From positions 1 to 58,330 of the forward strand of contig DASYSN010000021.1 of assembly GCA_036003305.1 (NCBI GenBank): a stretch of 58,330 nt of DNA, given 5' to 3'. The notes beneath the pieces are model-generated. The model was not told where the DNA came from. It did not search any database and saw only the letters and a list, made by a program, of their open reading frames with translations. The position numbers and the translations under genes are program-made. Positions 53,304 to 58,330 of the stretch are shown in pieces; the first letter of the stretch is position 1; each line of letters begins with the position of its first letter. This stretch comes from Thermoanaerobaculia bacterium. Its GTDB lineage: Bacteria; Acidobacteriota; Thermoanaerobaculia; Gp7-AA8.

Positions 53304-55424
53304 TTACGCGGGCAACTCGATGTGGAACCGAGTCCCTTTCGGTTGATTGTCGTGAACGGTGATGTGGCCGTCGTGATCGCGGACGATGCGGTGCACGATG
53401 GCGAGGCCGAGGCCCGTACCGCGGCCTTTGGTGGAAAAGTACGGGAGGAAGAGCTTCTCCTTGTCGCGGTCGGGGACGCCGCGGCCGGGATCGGCGACTT
53501 CGATGACGACGCGCTGCGCGTTGCGGCGGGCGGAGACGCGGATCTCGCCGCTGTCGGTCGCCTCGACCGCGTTCTTCAGCAGATTGCCGACCGCGCGGCG
53601 GATCTGCTCCGGATCCATCAGCAGCGATATCTCCGGATCGGCGTCGACCGCGACGCTCACCCCCGCCTTCACGCCGCTGTAGAGGCTCGCCGCCTGCTGC
53701 AGGTTCGTGGCGAGCGGCGCATGCTCGAGATGAACGGCAGGCATGCGGGCGAAGCGGGCGAACTCGTCGACCATCCGCTTGAGCTGCCCGACCTCGTTCA
53801 CGATCGTGCGGCAGCCGTCTTCAATCGCCGGCTCGCTGGGGTACTTCTTCGCGATCCGCTCGGCGGAGAGCTGGATCGGCGTCAGCGGATTCTTGATCTC
53901 GTGGGCGATGCGGCGGGCGGCCTCGTTCCAGGCCGCGAGCTTCTGCGCCTGCATGAGCTGCGTCGAGTCTTCGATGGCCAGGACCCAGCCGAGCGTGCCG
54001 AGGCGCGCGATGGAGAGCTCGAGATAGCGAAGCTCGCCGCCGCGGATGAGCGTCACCTCGCGCGGGCGCGAAGTACGCGACGTCGTACGTGACGTGGAGG
54101 TCATCTCGCCGATCGCGCTCGCCAGCGGCGCGAGATCGCCGGAGAGCAGCTCGCGGAGATCGGAGCGCGACGCCGGCGTGTTGTCGAGGTCGAGCATCGC
54201 CACAGCCGCGCGGTTGATGCTGAGGAGCGTCAGCTCGTCGGTGAACGCGAGGATGCCGGTGGCGACGCTGTCGAGCACCGTCAGCATGAACGCGCGCTCG
54301 CTGTCGAGCCGCTGGTTCGTCTTCGTCAACGCCGTCCGCTGGTCCGCGAGCTGCGCCGACATGTCATTGAACGAGTCGATGAGCCGCCCCACCTCGTCCG
54401 TCGCGACCACTTCCACCTGATGCCCATAGCCGCCTTCCGCGAGCCGATCCGTCGCCTCGGCGAGCGCCTTGATCGGCACCGTGATCCGCCGCGATGCGTA
54501 TATCGACGTCCAAAGCGTGCCGAAAAGAATGGCGAGCGTGACGGCCAGAAAGAGCGACGTTTGCGAGGCCTTCAGCGTCTGCCGCTGCGAGTCGAGCTGC
54601 TGAAAGTCCTGGTTCGCCACGATCGACTCGTCGATCAGGCGGCTCATCGTGTTCGGCACGAACACCGCGGCCACCGCGACCACCGCACTGTTGCCGACGC
54701 GCACGGCGGAGCGGATCCACTTCCCGCTCGGTGCGAGATCGATTTTCATCGCCGTCCCCTTCTCCGCCACCTCGTCGAAGAAGCGCTGGGGCGGTTCGGC
54801 GAGCTCCTGGATCGGCGCGCGCGGATCGGCGAACGACTTCACGAGTACGCCGCTGCGATAGAGGCCGACGACGTCGACGTTGTGGAACTCGCGGACGTGC
54901 AGCATCACCGCGTCCATCCGGTTCGCGTCGGCGATGGCCGGCGTCGACGCGATCTCGCGCGCGGCGCCGGCGGCGATCGCGCCCGTCTGGTCCTGCGCCA
55001 TCTGCGCGATCGCATCGCCGTTCTGCAGGATCTTGCGCACCGGCGTGTTGAACCAGCGGTCGATCGAGATATTCAGAAGATCGGTCGCGACGACGAAGAG
55101 AATGATGATCGGCAGCAGCGACGTGGCGATGTACGTCACGACCAGCTTCGTCCGGAACCGCGAGCCGATCAGGCCGCGCCGCTGGTCGAGCACCAGCTTC
55201 ACGATGCCGCGCAGCAGCACAAAGAGAATGCCGACGATCAGGAGGACGTTGATGTTCCAGAGAACGAAGAGCAGCAGCCGGTTGCTCAGCGCCTCCGGCG
55301 AGAGCTCCTTCGCGCGCTGGACGACGTAGTAGACGAGCGACGTCGCCGCCAGCACCAGCAGCGGCACCGTCACGATGAACCGCGGGTCCTTCCGGTAGCG
55401 GTAGACGAGCTCGCGCGCTTTCAC
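53304..55424 (-). CDS. ntrY: Sensor histidine kinase, NtrY-like
   Basis: 706 aa with N-terminal transmembrane helices, a HAMP-like region, the H-box AHEIKNPLTPIQL and a HATPase_c domain (DPGRGV, GTGLGLAIV). Confidence 0.85.
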   Translation of the reverse strand: MKARELVYRYRKDPRFIVTVPLLVLAATSLVYYVVQRAKELSPEALSNRLLLFVLWNINVLLIVGILFVLLRGIVKLVLDQRRGLIGSRFRTKLVVTYIATSLLPIIILFVVATDLLNISIDRWFNTPVRKILQNGDAIAQMAQDQTGAIAAGAAREIASTPAIADANRMDAVMLHVREFHNVDVVGLYRSGVLVKSFADPRAPIQELAEPPQRFFDEVAEKGTAMKIDLAPSGKWIRSAVRVGNSAVVAVAAVFVPNTMSRLIDESIVANQDFQQLDSQRQTLKASQTSLFLAVTLAILFGTLWTSIYASRRITVPIKALAEATDRLAEGGYGHQVEVVATDEVGRLIDSFNDMSAQLADQRTALTKTNQRLDSERAFMLTVLDSVATGILAFTDELTLLSINRAAVAMLDLDNTPASRSDLRELLSGDLAPLASAIGEMTSTSRTTSRTSRPREVTLIRGGELRYLELSIARLGTLGWVLAIEDSTQLMQAQKLAAWNEAARRIAHEIKNPLTPIQLSAERIAKKYPSEPAIEDGCRTIVNEVGQLKRMVDEFARFARMPAVHLEHAPLATNLQQAASLYSGVKAGVSVAVDADPEISLLMDPEQIRRAVGNLLKNAVEATDSGEIRVSARRNAQRVVIEVADPGRGVPDRDKEKLFLPYFSTKGRGTGLGLAIVHRIVRDHDGHITVHDNQPKGTRFHIELPA

Positions 55425-55969
55425 GGCTTGCTTTCGGAGGCGACGCGCACTTCACGCCAGCGCGTCGAGTTGGACGACGGGAAGATGTAGAAGAGAAAGA
55501 CGCGGCCGAAGTCGGCCTTCACGCGTACTTTCAGCTTGTAGGGGCGGCGGCCACCAATCGGGAAGAGGTTCGGCTCCTCGATCGCGGTCATTCGGCGCTC
55601 CAGCGACTCGAGGTCGCTGAACGTTTCCGACTTGACCAGCTTTCGGTCGCGGCGATAGTTCAGGAGGTACTCGCGGGTGACCGAGTTGAACGTCGCCACC
55701 ACCTCGATGCGCGTCCGGGAGATCCCCTCGTCCCACCACCGCGGCCGGTCGTGGAAGATCTCAACGATGTAGCTGAAGCTCGTCGGCAGGCCGCTCTGCA
55801 AGGCCGAGAGGAGGTCGTGATCCGCGAACGCGTTGATCAGGTTGAACCGGACGGACACCTTCCCGCCGTTCGCGATCGCGGAGAGATTGCGGATGTCGGG
55901 GTCCGGTTCCTGAGCCGCGACAGCGCTCGCGAAGAGCGCGAAAGTCAATGTGAGGACAAGAGTTCGCAC
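55421..55969 (-). CDS. DUF4390-like periplasmic protein
   Basis: 182 aa with a signal peptide. It overlaps ntrY by 4 nt. A gene upstream of ntrY is typical of DUF4390. Confidence 0.65.
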   Translation of the reverse strand: MRTLVLTLTFALFASAVAAQEPDPDIRNLSAIANGGKVSVRFNLINAFADHDLLSALQSGLPTSFSYIVEIFHDRPRWWDEGISRTRIEVVATFNSVTREYLLNYRRDRKLVKSETFSDLESLERRMTAIEEPNLFPIGGRRPYKLKVRVKADFGRVFLFYIFPSSNSTRWREVRVASESKP

Positions 55970-56009
55970 GTGTGTGTGGCTTTTTTACCACACCCGCGAA
56001 CGCAAGTGC

Positions 56010-56897
56010 TTACGCGAAGCTTCCCGCCGGCTCCGACGTCGTCGCGCCGTCGTACGACTCTTCCATCTCTTCGGCGACCTCGAGAATCCTCTCGACGAAG
56101 CGGGAGTGGAGGGCGTGTCCTCCGCGGCTGGCGACGATCTCGCCGACGATCGGACGGCCGATCAGGGCGAGGTCGCCGATGAGATCGAGCACCTTGTGGC
56201 GCACGAACTCATCGCGGAAACGGAGCGGGCCGTTCATGACGCCGTGGTCGTCGAGCACGATCGCGTTCTCGACCGAACCGCCGCGCGCCAGGCCGGCGGC
56301 GCGCAGGCTCTCGACGTCCTTCATGAAGCCGAACGTGCGCGCCGGCGCGATCTTCTTCAGGAAGCTGTCATGGTGGAAGTCGAAGTGAACGGACTGCCGT
56401 CCGATCACCGGATGGTCGAAGTCGATTTTGTACTTGATGGTGAGGCGATTGGCGGGATTGATGCGGATGCTCTTGGGGCCGTCGACGATCTCGATCGGCT
56501 CGCGGAGGCGCAGGACGCGGACGTCCGACCCGAGGGGGCGGATGCCGGCGGCATCGATGAGGTGGACGAATGGGAGCGCGCTGCCGTCGATGATGGGAAC
56601 TTCGACGCCGTCGATCAGGATGTCGACGTCGGTGACTCCGCAGGCGACCATCGCCGCGAGGAGGTGTTCGACCGTTCCGACCGAGACGTCGTCCTTGCCG
56701 ACCGTCGTCGCGTAGTCGAGGGCGGTCGTCGACGCCTGCAGCGCCGGGATGCGGAGGCCGTCGAGATCGGTGCGGACGAATGTGATGCCGCTCCCGGCGG
56801 GCGCCGGCTGGAGCTCGACGGTCGTGTAGATGCCGGAGTGCAGCCCGATCCCGGCAATGCTGACGTTTGATTTGACTGTGGCGCGCTGTACGTACAT
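56010..56897 (-). CDS. lpxC: UDP-3-O-acyl-N-acetylglucosamine deacetylase
   Basis: 295 aa with the motifs GIGLHSG, TVEHLLAA and PIIDGSA. Confidence 0.9.
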   Translation of the reverse strand: MYVQRATVKSNVSIAGIGLHSGIYTTVELQPAPAGSGITFVRTDLDGLRIPALQASTTALDYATTVGKDDVSVGTVEHLLAAMVACGVTDVDILIDGVEVPIIDGSALPFVHLIDAAGIRPLGSDVRVLRLREPIEIVDGPKSIRINPANRLTIKYKIDFDHPVIGRQSVHFDFHHDSFLKKIAPARTFGFMKDVESLRAAGLARGGSVENAIVLDDHGVMNGPLRFRDEFVRHKVLDLIGDLALIGRPIVGEIVASRGGHALHSRFVERILEVAEEMEESYDGATTSEPAGSFA

Positions 56898-57058
56898 GTT
56901 TCCGCCGCCAGCTTGAGCAGGGTAAGTGCCACGAACGGCAGAGACCGTCGAATCAGACGTAACATCCGCTCGCTGAGCAGGTTACGTGTTTCAGGCAAGT
57001 TACCGCTTTTGTAGGATTGTGTGGTGCGTGAGCGTCAGGAGTGTGGCGTTAACGACAC

Positions 57059-57126
57059 AGTCCTCGGTCCTCAGTCCTCGGTCCTCGGATGCCGGTCTGA
57101 GGACCGAGGACTGAGGACCGAGGACT
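57059..57126 (-). terminator. 28-bp perfect-stem hairpin built from GTCCTC(G/A) heptamers, downstream of smpB
   Basis: AGTCCTCGGTCCTCAGTCCTCGGTCCTC (57059-57086) is the exact reverse complement of GAGGACCGAGGACTGAGGACCGAGGACT (57099-57126). The right arm abuts the smpB stop codon. The heptamer is the same as at 8487-8515. Confidence 0.75.
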
Positions 57127-57598
57127 ATCCCCTCGCCCTCTTGATCGCCATCGCCGTCTCCCGATCGGCTTCGCGCTTCTTCTCGGTCTCGCGCTTGTCG
57201 TACAGCTTCTTGCCGCGGACGACCGCGATCTCGGCTTTCACGCGGCCGCCTTTGAAGTAGAGCCGGAGCGGGACGATCGTGAGCCCTTTTTCGACCACCT
57301 GCGATTCGAGCTTCTCGATCTCGCGGCGGTGCAGGAGCAGGCGGCGGGTGCGCTCGGGATCGTGGTTCTCGCGGTTTCCGTGGGTGTACGGCGAGATGTG
57401 GGCGCCGAAGAGGAACGCCTCGCCGGCCTTGAAGATGACGTAGCTGTCCTTGAGCGTCGCCCCACGGTCGCGCAGCGACTTGACCTCGGTACCCGTCAGC
57501 TCCATCCCCGCCTCGAACTTGTCGAGGACGTGGTAGTCGTGGAACGCCTTCTTGTTCGAGGCGATCAGCTTCTCGCCGGAGTCACTCTTTCCCGCCAT
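57125..57598 (-). CDS. smpB: SsrA-binding protein SmpB
   Basis: 157 aa with the motifs IASNKKAFHDYHV, GTEVKSLR and LLLHRREI. Confidence 0.92.
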   Translation of the reverse strand: MAGKSDSGEKLIASNKKAFHDYHVLDKFEAGMELTGTEVKSLRDRGATLKDSYVIFKAGEAFLFGAHISPYTHGNRENHDPERTRRLLLHRREIEKLESQVVEKGLTIVPLRLYFKGGRVKAEIAVVRGKKLYDKRETEKKREADRETAMAIKRARG

Positions 57599-58211
57599 TC
57601 GCGGCGGAGTCTAGACGAAAGTTCACGGTCAGGTTGTAGAAGACGGGGATCGCCCGGCCGTGCCGCATCGCCGGGGTGAAGCGCCACTGCTTCACACAAT
57701 CGATCGCGGCTTGCGACAAACCGAACGGCAACGCCTTCAGAATCCGCGCGGCGACGACGCGTCCGGTCGTATCGATGATCACTTCGACGATGACGATGCC
57801 GAAGACGCGCGCCTTCCGCGCCTCAGGCGTGTACTTCGGCTCGACACCGCGGGTGCGGCGAGGCGGAACGATGTCGGTCCCCTGATGGATCGCGTTCAGC
57901 GTCCGCGCCTGAGGGAGCCACCAGCGGGCGCCGACGGGTGCGCCCTCGACGCCGTTCAGTTGCGGCAGAAACTCCTGGCTCGTCCACTCCCCGTTCGCGC
58001 CGACCTCCACGCTGCATGCGAGCTGTCCGAAGAGGGTGTCGCACCAGACGATGGTCTCGTTGAGCGGCTTCGCGGTGAGCTTCAGTTCCTGCTGCAGCGT
58101 CACGACGCGCGCCTCGGGGTGCCCGGCGCGAGCTGCGACACGGTGCGCGAGCGTGTCGTCCGCCGAGGCGGTCAGGGCGACCAAGAGCGAGAGAAAAGCG
58201 ACCGTTCGCAT
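57582..58211 (-). CDS. Secreted TonB C-terminal domain protein
   Basis: 209 aa with a signal peptide. The C-terminus PKYTPEARKARVFGIVIVEVIIDTTGRV...WRFTPAMRHGRAIP follows the TonB_C pattern. Confidence 0.7.
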   Translation of the reverse strand: MRTVAFLSLLVALTASADDTLAHRVAARAGHPEARVVTLQQELKLTAKPLNETIVWCDTLFGQLACSVEVGANGEWTSQEFLPQLNGVEGAPVGARWWLPQARTLNAIHQGTDIVPPRRTRGVEPKYTPEARKARVFGIVIVEVIIDTTGRVVAARILKALPFGLSQAAIDCVKQWRFTPAMRHGRAIPVFYNLTVNFRLDSAANGGKE

Positions 58212-58238
58212 GGCGCGATTCTACGTCCCGACTGATCC

Positions 58239-58322
58239 GAAGGTGGATTTCACGAGGAGGAACGTGAATTTCACGTTGTTCCTCGTGAATTTCACGTTGT
58301 TCCTCGTGAATTTCACGTTCCT
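58239..58322. repeat. Tandem 21-bp units each carrying the 15-nt palindrome ACGTGAA-T-TTCACGT, truncated by the window edge
   Basis: Units occur at 58260-58280, 58281-58301 and 58302-58322, with a degenerate copy (GGATTTCACGAGGAGG) before them. The array starts about 30 nt upstream of the TonB-like gene start. Confidence 0.7.
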
Positions 58323-58330
58323 GCTCGCGT

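Noticed and set aside
52338-55490. Plus-strand ORFs of 584 and 356 aa opposite ntrX and ntrY
   Set aside because: These are shadow ORFs. The minus-strand products carry GAFTGA and H-box motifs.

Overview
GC-rich chromosomal segment; hand-counted 60-nt lines in core genes are about 70% GC. LpxC, OmpA-type, Omp85-like and TonB-type genes indicate a diderm bacterium; the phylum cannot be determined without a database search. Most of the window is housekeeping: an APC permease, livFGMHK, aldehyde dehydrogenase, aldo/keto reductase, crotonase, pfk, htrA, ribD-ribE, queF, a pilT-like ATPase, an S9 peptidase, pyrR-pyrB-pyrC, spoIID-like, ompA-like, mutL, yraN, DUF4390-ntrY-ntrX, lpxC and smpB. Several accessory or unusual regions stand out. 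(1) At 8.5-10.6 kb, a ParE-type toxin/antitoxin pair sits directly downstream of a visibly lower-GC 500-aa gene that joins a SIR2-like region to a C-terminal TIR domain. This is my best candidate for an uncharacterised NAD-targeting defence module. (2) At 12.1-17.5 kb there is an operon-like array of four paralogous Cys-rich secreted four-module proteins, one of them frameshifted, preceded by a strictly phased 21-bp tandem array. (3) At 42.7-46.9 kb lies a 1395-aa patatin/cPLA2-like lipase whose catalytic Ser and Asp are separated by about ten hydrophobic helices. (4) At 49.2-51.4 kb there is a decayed low-GC islet at tRNA-Gly(GCC), with a 23-nt direct repeat of the tRNA 3' end, one intact DUF104/PIN toxin-antitoxin pair and one degraded vapBC pair. 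(5) Three unrelated 21-bp-period palindrome arrays and several hairpins built from 7-nt tandem repeats occupy intergenic regions. (6) An A9 tract sits exactly at the junction of an FHA gene and a downstream open frame. All functional calls rest on motif recognition by eye. No database or structure search was possible.
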